A stretch of 64,000 bases of DNA from Mucispirillum schaedleri. GTDB taxonomy: Bacteria; Chrysiogenota; Deferribacteres; Deferribacterales; Mucispirillaceae. Under the pieces are notes generated by a model that did not search any database, was not told where the DNA came from, and saw only the letters and a program-made list of their open reading frames with translations. The translations under genes and the position numbers were made by a program. Positions within the stretch are counted from its first letter, which is position 1; the number at the start of each line of letters is the position of its first letter. Where the stretch lies: NCBI GenBank assembly GCA_949287985.1, contig CASEIN010000001.1, forward strand, positions 1,051 to 65,050. The letters are read 5' to 3'. This document shows, piece by piece, positions 29,648-38,170 of the stretch.

Positions 29648-30697
29648 ATGAGTGAAGAAAATATGAATAATGAACCTGTAAATAATACAGAACAGCAGGT
29701 AAATGGTATAACTAATAGTGTTTCTAATAAGCCAAACAAATCTAATAAAAAAGCTATTATAATTATGAGTATTATTATGCTTATAGTAATAGCAGTAGTT
29801 GCTATATTTATTGTGCGTTCATCTTTAACAAGTGAGGCAGCATTAAAACTTGAAACATCTTTAAATTCATTTTTAAGTGATATGGAAAATGATTATAAAG
29901 ATAGTAATAAAACCATAAGTTATAAACCATTTAAATGTACTGGCAGTTCAATAATTCAGTGCAAAAGCAGTTCTATAGATATAAAAGATTCTGACCTTGA
30001 ACTTATATCCAAAGATATTGTTTTTAGTGTTGAGCCTGGTATTAAAAACACAAATCTTACATTTAGTGGGAACTTTAATGTATCAATCTTTGATTATAAT
30101 GATGAACGTAAAGGTCCTATTGATATAAATGTAGACTGTAAAAATAATGCTGAAATAGATGGTGATAACGAATATATTATTAATAACCTTGTTTGTGAAA
30201 ATAAACTTCAAGATATAACCAGTAAACAAACAAGTAAAATTTACCTTAAAAATGAAAAATTTTCCATTGGTAATTTTATATTATTAATTAAAGATATTGA
30301 AGAGAATAAAGAATTTTATAATAACATATTAAATGAAACTGAGTATGCAGTCGCAGAAACAACAAACAATCTTTCTAGTGCTGATTTACTTCAATCCATA
30401 TTATATTTAATGAATACTTTTGATAAAAGTGAAGAATATACAAAAGAAAAATTAGTTAGCCAGTTTGAAGCAGCAAAATCAGAATTTGAAAGCTTAATAT
30501 CAATTTTTGGCTCATCAGAAGAAATGCCAGAATTACAAATAATTAGAAATTTTATAGATGTGGCTGATAATGTGCTGACTAAAGGTCATAATAAAGTAGA
30601 TATCCATGTTAAGCTGAAAGACGGTAATACTATTGATGATGTATTTTTCATAGGTTTTGAGCCTAGATTATATGACGTATCATTATCAAGCAAATAA
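29648..30697 (+). CDS. membrane-anchored protein, paralog family member 2
   Basis: Start at MSEENM (GGAGGAAATA SD). TM anchor, YKPFKC-x7-C, VDC-x20-C, GHNKVDIHV. Confidence 0.7.
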   Translation: MSEENMNNEPVNNTEQQVNGITNSVSNKPNKSNKKAIIIMSIIMLIVIAVVAIFIVRSSLTSEAALKLETSLNSFLSDMENDYKDSNKTISYKPFKCTGSSIIQCKSSSIDIKDSDLELISKDIVFSVEPGIKNTNLTFSGNFNVSIFDYNDERKGPIDINVDCKNNAEIDGDNEYIINNLVCENKLQDITSKQTSKIYLKNEKFSIGNFILLIKDIEENKEFYNNILNETEYAVAETTNNLSSADLLQSILYLMNTFDKSEEYTKEKLVSQFEAAKSEFESLISIFGSSEEMPELQIIRNFIDVADNVLTKGHNKVDIHVKLKDGNTIDDVFFIGFEPRLYDVSLSSK

Positions 30698-30702
30698 ATA
30701 GC

Positions 30703-30739
30703 AAAAGAAAGGCTTATTTTTTAAGCCTTTCTTTATTTT
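30703..30739 (+). terminator. rho-independent terminator
   Basis: AAAGAAAGGCTTA (30704-30716) pairs with TAAGCCTTTCTTT (30722-34), followed by ATTTT. Confidence 0.7.
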
Positions 30740-30752
30740 AAGTTAGTATATT

Positions 30753-31727
30753 ATGAAAAAACGCATAATTATAATATCATCTATACTTATTGTGTTATTT
30801 GCTGCTGGTTTTATTACTATTCAAATAATATATGGCACAATAAACTACTTTTCAAAAACAGTGGAAAGTTCTTTTAATTTATCCCTTAAAAATATAAAAA
30901 AGAAATCAGAAGATTTTAAGCTCACATATAATGATTTTAAATGCAGTGGTAAAAGAAGTATAGAATGTTATGGTAAAAAAATCTTGTATGATAAGGACAG
31001 GTATAAAATAGAAGTTAAAGATATTAATTTTATATTAACTCCATACTATAAAAGTGCAGATTTTTCCTTTAATGCAGGGGTATCCTATAAAATATTTGTA
31101 GATGAAAGCTTTAAATCTTTGCCAATAAAGTTAGAATGTTTTGGAAAGCTTGATTTAATGCCTGAAAAAACATATATAAAAACAGACTACTGGTGCAATA
31201 CATATATCAATTATTTAAAATCATACCATACATCTACTATATATTTTAAAAATAAAGAATTTAATGAAAAAAATATTTATGAGTTTTCCAAAAAATTTGA
31301 TAATTTTATCAATGATAAATCATATTTAAAAAAGGTATCAGGCACTTCCTTTGCAGTAGACTATATAAAAGGGTATATTAAAAGTAAAGATTTATTTCAG
31401 GAATATGTTAATATAATGCGCAGGTTTGATGCTAATTATGAATATGACAGAGAAAGTGCTATGATTTCAACACAAAATTTCAATGCAGAAAAGTTTTTTA
31501 CATCATCTGTTTTTGGAGAAGATAGTTTTGAATACAATGTATTAGGGCAAATAACTGATAATGTTAGAAATATAATCCATAAATACCACAACAGGCTTTC
31601 ATATAATATTACAAGAAAAGGTGGCAAACCTATAGAAAAATATTTTATCAGCAATATGAAACAGGCTGTTAATATTATATATAATACTAGAAGTTATCAT
31701 ATAGATACCCATACCAGTAAAAAATAA
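30753..31727 (+). CDS. membrane-anchored protein, paralog family member 3
   Basis: TM anchor, YNDFKC-x7-C, LEC-x20-C, KYHNRLSYNI. Same family as the two upstream genes. Confidence 0.7.
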   Translation: MKKRIIIISSILIVLFAAGFITIQIIYGTINYFSKTVESSFNLSLKNIKKKSEDFKLTYNDFKCSGKRSIECYGKKILYDKDRYKIEVKDINFILTPYYKSADFSFNAGVSYKIFVDESFKSLPIKLECFGKLDLMPEKTYIKTDYWCNTYINYLKSYHTSTIYFKNKEFNEKNIYEFSKKFDNFINDKSYLKKVSGTSFAVDYIKGYIKSKDLFQEYVNIMRRFDANYEYDRESAMISTQNFNAEKFFTSSVFGEDSFEYNVLGQITDNVRNIIHKYHNRLSYNITRKGGKPIEKYFISNMKQAVNIIYNTRSYHIDTHTSKK

Positions 31728-32066
31728 TATTTCCATAAAAATATAAGTAATATTTTATTTAATCAAAATGTAACCAAAAATTATCATAAACTACTATTTT
31801 CAATATCTATATACACTATAACATATATATAAAATTTATAAATAAAGGCAGGGGCATTATTTTAAAAATTATGATGATAATATGTGCAATAAACAAATTT
31901 ATATAAGCATGAAATTATAAAAGAAATGAACTCATTAACTATAATAATATCTTTATAAAAAGCATTATTTTGTATGCCTGCCTAAATTACATATTGCAGT
32001 TCTTGGAAATTATGGTAGGTTTGTGGAATATTTTAAAACCTTTAATTTATTTAAGGAAGTATATTT

Positions 32067-32534
32067 ATGCAAATAAATACTGATAATCTTATGGTAGAAT
32101 ATTTTAATAATAAAACAAAGGAAACCATATATATTAGAGAAATAGTTTTTGTGCAGGAACAAGGCTTTATAGATGAATTTGATGAACTTGATGGAAAAAG
32201 CATACATATACTTATAAGGTATAATAATATTCCAATAGCAACAGGCAGGTTTTACAGCACAAATAATAACTGCTGGGTAGTAGGCAGGTTTGCAGTTATT
32301 AAAGAGTATAGAAATATGGGCATTGGAAGTTTTTTAATGAAAAAAATAGAAGAAAAAATTAAAGAAAATGGTGGAATATTTATAGAGCTTTCTGCACAGC
32401 TTCAGGCAAAAGGGTTTTATGAATCATTAGGATATAAAGCTATAGGCGATATATACTATGACCAGCATGCAGAACATATCCATATGGAAAAAATATATAA
32501 AAAAAGACTTTATCAAAAAAAATATATATGCTAA
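32067..32534 (+). CDS. GNAT family N-acetyltransferase
   Basis: REIVFVQEQG ... GRFAVIKEYRNMGIGSFLM (acetyl-CoA binding R-x-x-G-x-G). Confidence 0.8.
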   Translation: MQINTDNLMVEYFNNKTKETIYIREIVFVQEQGFIDEFDELDGKSIHILIRYNNIPIATGRFYSTNNNCWVVGRFAVIKEYRNMGIGSFLMKKIEEKIKENGGIFIELSAQLQAKGFYESLGYKAIGDIYYDQHAEHIHMEKIYKKRLYQKKYIC

Positions 32535-32563
32535 AGTGAACAATAGTCAAGGTGAGGTTTTAA

Positions 32564-33244
32564 ATGGTAAACATAATAATTCTTTCTGTAGTTCTTGTGC
32601 TTTTAATAGGTGCATTAATCTATTTTTTCGTTAATAGAAAGAAAATCAAGGTTAAGTTACTAGAAGAAGAAGCAGCAAAGGGTAACCCTGCCACCTTACT
32701 GGCATTAGGTTTAATGTTTTATTCTGGTGTTAAAATAGATGAAGATAGAGAAAAAGGAATTAAATATATTAAGCAGGCAGCAGAATTAGGTAATGCTCAA
32801 GCTCAATATTTATACAGTGGTATAATACTTGGTTATGGAGAAACTAAGGAGCCTACAAAGGAACAGTTAGCTGAAGCTGCAATATGGATAGAAAAATCAG
32901 CTGAAGGTGGTTTTTTAACTGCAATTACAACCCTTGCAAATATGTATGCAGAAGGTAAAATAATCCCAAAACATATTAAAAAAGCACAATATTATTTTCA
33001 TAAAGCTGCCCTTATGGGTGATTTGCAGTCGCAGGTAACTGTTGCAGGTTTTCACCATTTTAGTATTGATGGCAATAAAAAGGAAGCATATGCATGGTAT
33101 AAAGTGGCAGAACAAAATGGTTCAGAATATGCAAAAGAAACAGCAGAAAAATTATTAGCAGAATTAAGTGATGATGATAAGCTTCAGGCATATAAAATAG
33201 CTGATGAATATATAATTAAATATGGAAAAGCACAAGTGCATTAG
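32564..33244 (+). CDS. membrane-anchored Sel1-repeat protein
   Basis: N-terminal TM helix. At least 4 Sel1-like repeats (AAKGNPATLLALGLMFYSGVKIDEDREKGIKYIKQAAELGNAQAQ ...). Confidence 0.8.
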   Translation: MVNIIILSVVLVLLIGALIYFFVNRKKIKVKLLEEEAAKGNPATLLALGLMFYSGVKIDEDREKGIKYIKQAAELGNAQAQYLYSGIILGYGETKEPTKEQLAEAAIWIEKSAEGGFLTAITTLANMYAEGKIIPKHIKKAQYYFHKAALMGDLQSQVTVAGFHHFSIDGNKKEAYAWYKVAEQNGSEYAKETAEKLLAELSDDDKLQAYKIADEYIIKYGKAQVH

Positions 33245-33260
33245 TTTTGGTAGCAGTTTT

Positions 33261-33689
33261 ATGGTGCAAAGGTATATATCATCAGATTATTCAAGGCTTT
33301 TTGATATTTGGGAAAGAGCAGTTAAAAAGACTCACCATTTTTTATCACAGGAAAGTTATGAGCATATTCATTTGATTTTGCCTAATTATTTCCAAAAGGT
33401 AGAAATTTATGTTTATAAAAAGGCTGGTAAAGATGTAGCTTTTATGGGTGTAAGAGATGATAAACTTGAAATGCTTTTTTGTGATCCAGATTATTTTAGG
33501 CAAGGGATAGGCTCATTTATGATAAATTATGCCTTAAATTTTTTAAATATAAAATATGTTGATGTAAACGAACAAAATCAATCAGCCATAGAGTTTTATA
33601 AACATCATGGCTTTAAAGAGATAGCAAGAACAACTAGTGATAATTTTGGGTATCCTATACTTCATCTTGCTCATGAAAGTGGTATGTAA
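33261..33689 (+). CDS. GNAT family N-acetyltransferase
   Basis: I prefer the start at 33261 (MVQRYISS) to avoid overlap with the Sel1 gene. FRQGIGSFMINY acetyl-CoA motif ... EFYKHHGF. Confidence 0.75.
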   Translation: MVQRYISSDYSRLFDIWERAVKKTHHFLSQESYEHIHLILPNYFQKVEIYVYKKAGKDVAFMGVRDDKLEMLFCDPDYFRQGIGSFMINYALNFLNIKYVDVNEQNQSAIEFYKHHGFKEIARTTSDNFGYPILHLAHESGM

Positions 33690-33690
33690 T

Positions 33691-34434
33691 ATGAGATTTT
33701 TTTTAATATTTTTAATTACTTTATTTCCTGCTTTGTTAATTTCTAATGATGCTAATGCAGAAAACAATAAATGCACAAAACCTGTTATTTTTCCATTACT
33801 TTCAAAGCCTATTAATGATACTGGTCAGGAATATGATAATTATGACTGGAGAAGTGCACAGGGAGAAAATCAAGCTGTTTATAAAAGTTATAGAATAAGA
33901 AAAAGCAGTAAACGAAATATTACAAAAAAATCATTTCATGCAGCCAGAGATTTATATATAGATGTATATAATGATAAAGGCAATTATAATCTACTAAAAT
34001 CAAGAAATTATGTAAGAGCCGTTAGTGACGGTAAAGTTTTAGAAGTGGGATATTTTTATGCTGGTACTTATAAAGTGACAGTGCAGCATACAACATGTGA
34101 TGGAAAAAGTTTCATTATAAGATATGGTGAGCTGGACCCTGAAAGCATAAAAGTTGCAGTTGGTGAAACTGTAAAACAAGGGCAGATTTTAGGCAGACCG
34201 GGTTTTTTATCTAAAAAAAATAAGAAAAAAGAAACTGTGCCAATAAATGTAATAATGGATAAAGTTGTATTTATGCTTCACTTTGAATATTTTGCCAGTG
34301 GCGAGCTTAGTGAAGAACCATTTTCTGAAGCTTTTAGTAATAACAGGTTTGATAGAAGAAAAGATATTGATGACAGCTTAAGTATATTAGAAGAAGGATA
34401 TATTAATTCTTTTGGGGAGCCTGTAAAAAAATGA
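33691..34434 (+). CDS. secreted LytM/M23-fold protein with partly substituted catalytic residues
   Basis: Signal peptide MRFFLIFLITLFPALLISNDANA. H-x3-D (FHAARD), VGETVKQGQILGRPG and MLHFEYF match the M23 layout. However, the His of the usual Y-x-H-L segment is replaced (RYGEL), and the first His of H-x-H is Met. Confidence 0.6.
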   Translation: MRFFLIFLITLFPALLISNDANAENNKCTKPVIFPLLSKPINDTGQEYDNYDWRSAQGENQAVYKSYRIRKSSKRNITKKSFHAARDLYIDVYNDKGNYNLLKSRNYVRAVSDGKVLEVGYFYAGTYKVTVQHTTCDGKSFIIRYGELDPESIKVAVGETVKQGQILGRPGFLSKKNKKKETVPINVIMDKVVFMLHFEYFASGELSEEPFSEAFSNNRFDRRKDIDDSLSILEEGYINSFGEPVKK

Positions 34435-34967
34435 AAAAATTATTTGTATGCATTATAATGTTACTTCCTTTCACAAATATATATGCTTCCCCTTATGCTG
34501 ATGATTATCTTTATGAGGATATATTAGATTATATTGAAAATCCAGCCAACTATTCAAATAATTATGTTAATGGATATGTAAATAATAACCCTGATATAAT
34601 AGTGGGAGCATTTATAGAAAAGGCTTTTTCTGTGTATAAAAAGGAAGAAAAGTATACTCCAGATTTTAAAAACTGTGGGGAAGGCTGCTATAAAGATGAA
34701 AAAGCGCAAGATATATTAAATGCATATCATAAGTTTTTTTATATGTTTGCTATTGCTGAAGAAATAACATCTGTATTAATACAAAACCCACAAGTAAATG
34801 ATAATATTGAATATACTTTAAAAAATAAAAAAATAAGGTATAAATGGAATAATAAAAACAAATTAGTTATAAGTATAGACAGCAACACCATTGAATTTGT
34901 AAAACAAAATAAAGGTGTTGTTATAAAAACAGATATGAAGTCTTTAGAAAAATACAGGCTAAATTAG
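34431..34967 (+). CDS. secreted 178-aa protein, unknown function (paralog of next gene)
   Basis: Signal peptide. 4-nt overlap with the M23-like gene. C-terminal IRYKWNNKNKLVISID resembles IIEWHDKNNRLDITIP of the next protein. Confidence 0.6.
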   Translation: MKKLFVCIIMLLPFTNIYASPYADDYLYEDILDYIENPANYSNNYVNGYVNNNPDIIVGAFIEKAFSVYKKEEKYTPDFKNCGEGCYKDEKAQDILNAYHKFFYMFAIAEEITSVLIQNPQVNDNIEYTLKNKKIRYKWNNKNKLVISIDSNTIEFVKQNKGVVIKTDMKSLEKYRLN

Positions 34968-34979
34968 TATAGGTGATAT

Positions 34980-35609
34980 ATGAAAAAATTAGTTATATTA
35001 TTTATTTTCATAAATGCCACAATGAGCTTTGGCTATAACGAACAGGATATAGATTTATCTAACCATTCAAACCAGCATGGTGTTATTTTCCAAGCATTAG
35101 ATAAAAAAGAATATTATAAAGAAGTTACATACAGCACATTAAGGGAAAGTAAATGTTTAAGTGCTGATTATAAAACCATCAAAAAGACAGCTAATATTTT
35201 AAAAGAAAAGGAACAGCCATTTTGGGTTTATAAATACTGTAAAAGCAGTGAATATGAATACAATACAACAAATATTAAAGAAGCCTATAACAGCTATCGC
35301 TTTGATTTAAATAAACGTTTAATAAATATGCAAGAGTATAAAATATTAGATAATATAGTTTCATACCTGCCAGTAAATATAAAGGCAGGAAGCAATTATT
35401 TATATTATCTTGGCATGAGAAATAATATTATAGAATGGCATGATAAAAATAACAGGTTAGATATAACAATTCCTATTATGTTTAGCGGTCTTATTACAAA
35501 AATGACATTGGAAAAAGATAAAGTAAAAGTATATGAAATATTTACATATGACAGGCCTGACAATATGCCAAAAGAAAATGAAGGATATAAAGATTTATTT
35601 GTTAAATAA
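34980..35609 (+). CDS. secreted 209-aa protein, unknown function
   Basis: Signal peptide MKKLVILFIFINATMSFG. Distant paralog of the upstream gene, judged by eye. Confidence 0.6.
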   Translation: MKKLVILFIFINATMSFGYNEQDIDLSNHSNQHGVIFQALDKKEYYKEVTYSTLRESKCLSADYKTIKKTANILKEKEQPFWVYKYCKSSEYEYNTTNIKEAYNSYRFDLNKRLINMQEYKILDNIVSYLPVNIKAGSNYLYYLGMRNNIIEWHDKNNRLDITIPIMFSGLITKMTLEKDKVKVYEIFTYDRPDNMPKENEGYKDLFVK

Positions 35610-35722
35610 AGCTTATAAATCATATTTATTATATTAATAAAACTATTTTATATGTAACAATTTTTTTAAATCTGAAAAGAGCTATCTATTTTATATTGTT
35701 CAAAAATTTTTCATAAAATAAT

Positions 35723-35751
35723 TTGACTTATTATATTTAATAATGTATAAC
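35723..35751 (+). promoter_or_regulatory. sigma70-like promoter candidate
   Basis: TTGACT (35723-35728), 17 nt, TATAAC (35746-35751). AAGGGGGA SD before the ATG at 35776. Confidence 0.4.
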
Positions 35752-35775
35752 TCCATATAAAAGGGGGATATATTT

Positions 35776-36057
35776 ATGCAGGATTTTTTATTTGACAAAG
35801 TTAATATTATACCAGAAGCTAAAAGAAGAAGCAGAAGCCGTGGTCGTGGTTTTTTTGGTGGTATATTATCAACAATTGGTGCTGTTATTATAATAATTTT
35901 GGCTGTAATAATGCTGCCTTTTATATTAATTAGAAATAGAAGAAACCCTTCCAATGACTTTTTAATTAATCAAAATGATTTCAATAATAATAATCAGAAT
36001 GGTAACATTCAAAATAACAATAATAACAATAATGATATAGTTAATCTAAAAAAATAA
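35776..36057 (+). CDS. small single-TM protein with basic N-terminus and poly-Asn tail
   Basis: KRRSRSRGRGFFGG, then a TM helix, then an N-rich tail. Good SD and its own terminator. Confidence 0.55.
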   Translation: MQDFLFDKVNIIPEAKRRSRSRGRGFFGGILSTIGAVIIIILAVIMLPFILIRNRRNPSNDFLINQNDFNNNNQNGNIQNNNNNNNDIVNLKK

Positions 36058-36089
36058 TAATTTCAAATTAAGTTATATTACAACACAAG

Positions 36090-36120
36090 TCCACCTAATT
36101 TTAGGTGGATTTTCTTTTTT
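36090..36120 (+). terminator. rho-independent terminator
   Basis: TCCACCTA (36090-36097) pairs with TAGGTGGA (36102-36109), then TTTTCTTTTTT. Confidence 0.7.
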
Positions 36121-36191
36121 CTGACATATAAGACAAAACGGACACAGTATATTTTGCTGCTGCTATAAATAGTAATAAAGCAGGAGGCAAA

Positions 36192-36560
36192 ATGGATAAA
36201 ATTTATACAGGAATTATAGTCGTTCTTGTTATCATAATTATTTCTTTATCTACTTATATGCTGATTAAATCAGGCATATATAAAAATATGATTAATGAAC
36301 TGCAAACAGAAAATAAGTCATTAATTACAAGGTTAAGTAGTGCAGAAAGCTATATTGATATACAGAACTTAAAAATATCAGAACACAGTAAGTATATGAA
36401 AGAAGCAGAAGAAATATACACATTAAAAATAAAATCAATAAATGAAAAATATTCTGCTTTAGAAAAAAAATATAAAAATATCAGCTTACTACAGTGTAAT
36501 GAAATACTAAAAATAATAGATAATAACCAACGGAGGTATATATATGGTTACACAGATTAA
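36192..36560 (+). CDS. N-terminally anchored coiled-coil protein (i-spanin-like?)
   Basis: A TM helix followed by a ~90-aa heptad-like region. It is the first gene of the lysis cassette. The functional label is inferred from architecture and context only. Confidence 0.4.
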   Translation: MDKIYTGIIVVLVIIIISLSTYMLIKSGIYKNMINELQTENKSLITRLSSAESYIDIQNLKISEHSKYMKEAEEIYTLKIKSINEKYSALEKKYKNISLLQCNEILKIIDNNQRRYIYGYTD

Positions 36561-36951
36561 AGAAACAGTAAAAAAAATATATGAAAAAATAAAAGAAAAA
36601 GTAATGCAGATATATGAAAAAGTAAAAAATTTCATAAAAAATACAGCAGAAGATTTTTCCATAATAGATGTGGAGGAAGGGCAGGCGCGCTGGAGTTTTA
36701 ACTGGTGGGTGCAAAAAAGTTTTAAATGGATAACTGCTATAATTTTGGCAGCAGCAGCTCTTTTTATATGGGGTTGTTCTGCACCTGGTGGCAGTGTTAA
36801 GTATTACCCTGTCCACATACCTGTAAGTTGCCAAATAGATATGCCTGAAAAACCTGCATATAATGAAAATATTATTGTTACAAATTTAAGTATTTTATCA
36901 TATGCATCAAAGCTAGAATCAGCTTTAAAAGCATGCAGAGGTGATAAATGA
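36544..36951 (+). CDS. membrane/lipobox protein of the lysis cassette (o-spanin-like?)
   Basis: Amphipathic N-terminus, a hydrophobic segment ending in FIWGCS (lipobox-like), and a periplasmic tail with two further Cys. It overlaps both neighbours. Confidence 0.35.
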   Translation: MVTQIKETVKKIYEKIKEKVMQIYEKVKNFIKNTAEDFSIIDVEEGQARWSFNWWVQKSFKWITAIILAAAALFIWGCSAPGGSVKYYPVHIPVSCQIDMPEKPAYNENIIVTNLSILSYASKLESALKACRGDK

Positions 36952-37283
36952 TAGAGAAAGCATTTAATTTATCTGCTGAAATATGGCAGTGGATATGGCT
37001 GTTTTTGGTATCTTTTACAGGTGGCGTGGTAGGTTTTATTACAAAAATATCACCTACATTAAAAGGGCGTTCATTTCGTTCTAAATTTGCAGCCCTTTGC
37101 ATGGGTATGATAAACAGCATGTTTATAGCATATATCAGCTATGAAATATTATTAAGTGTTATAGATAATCATGGTCTTGCAGTAGCATTTTCAGGTATGG
37201 CAGCTTTTACAGGAACAGACCTTTTAATAATAACACAAAATAAGATAGTAGAACTTGTAAAACGAAAAATTGATAATATATAG
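36948..37283 (+). CDS. holin (three TM segments, charged C-terminus)
   Basis: 111 aa, 3 predicted TM helices, C-terminal KIVELVKRKIDNI. Located immediately upstream of the endolysin locus. Confidence 0.6.
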   Translation: MIEKAFNLSAEIWQWIWLFLVSFTGGVVGFITKISPTLKGRSFRSKFAALCMGMINSMFIAYISYEILLSVIDNHGLAVAFSGMAAFTGTDLLIITQNKIVELVKRKIDNI

Positions 37284-37575
37284 GAGTAAAAAATGTTTAA
37301 ATTATCAACACTATCTCAAGCTAAATTAAATTCTTGTATTATAAAACAATAACAAAAAATCTGTCCGTAGATTTTTTGTTTAGGCGAGCTTATGAAATAA
37401 ATTCATTTAATATCTAGCCACTTTTTCTATTTCCTACGCTACTCGCTAGGGAAAAAGTGTCCTCGCATAAAACGCTCGTCTTACTAAAGAGCCACTTCCT
37501 GTGGCTGGAAAAAAAGTAATGGAGGAAAAAATGTTTAAATTATCAACACTATCTCAAGCTAAATTAAATTCTTGT
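37283..37575 (+). repeat. 55-bp direct duplication of the endolysin RBS plus first 15 codons, bracketing a 183-bp hairpin-rich insert
   Basis: 37283-37337 and 37521-37575 are identical except for 1 nt in the SD (GGAGT vs GGAGG). The insert (37338-37520) contains four stem-loops: 37351-37380, 37392-37406, 37419-37459 and 37490-37506. Confidence 0.9.
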
Positions 37576-37896
37576 CATAGTGATTTAATATTATTGATAA
37601 ATGAAGTAGCAAAAACAGAAAAATGTGCTGTAATATGCGGCCATCGTGGAAAGGCAGAGCAGGAAAAAGCATACCTTAGTGGCACAAGTAGAGCAAAATG
37701 GGGGCAGTCAAAACATAACCAAATGCCATCTTTAGCTGTAGATGTTGTGCCGCTGCCTTTAGACTGGGATAATATAGAAAGTTTTGAAAAACTTGGCAGT
37801 ATTATTATGGAAAAAGCAAAAGAACTTAAAATAAATATTAAATGGGGCAGAGATTTTACTAAATTAAAAGATTACCCACATTTTGAACTTGCTTAA
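37531..37896 (+). CDS. endolysin, peptidase M15 (T5-type L-alanyl-D-glutamate peptidase-like)
   Basis: Start at ATG 37531 (GGAGGAAAAA SD). Zn ligands and layout: CGHRG ... SKHNQMPSLAVDVVP ... DYPHFEL, colinear by eye with phage T5 Lys. Confidence 0.8.
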   Translation: MFKLSTLSQAKLNSCHSDLILLINEVAKTEKCAVICGHRGKAEQEKAYLSGTSRAKWGQSKHNQMPSLAVDVVPLPLDWDNIESFEKLGSIIMEKAKELKINIKWGRDFTKLKDYPHFELA

Positions 37897-37904
37897 TATG
37901 AAAT

Positions 37905-37959
37905 AGTGCTTAAAGCTAAAGTGTTATATATTTAACAATAGTTTTAAGCACTTTTTTTA
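37905..37959 (+). terminator. terminator with long loop
   Basis: AGTGCTTAAA (37905-37914) pairs with TTTAAGCACT (37943-37952), followed by TTTTTTT. Confidence 0.5.
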
Positions 37960-38170
37960 TTTTAACAGATTTACATTTAATGTTAAGAGAATTGAACTAA
38001 TTTACCATATAAAATATCCTAACCTATTATATATTTACATATATAATTATTTGACAATGTATAGAAATATGTCCAAATTAATGATAATTTCTATTGTCCA
38101 TTTCTAAAAAATATGTTTAGAATAAAAACCTTAATATTTTTTCGTATTAATATGATTTTGGAGTTAATTT

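Noticed and set aside
31847-31982. An inverted repeat GGCAGGGGCAT / ATGCCTGCC separated by ~115 bp in the intergenic region upstream of the first GNAT gene could be a MITE or a long hairpin.
   Set aside because: The arms are only ~9 bp and imperfect. There are no target-site duplication and no second copy in the window. The evidence is insufficient.
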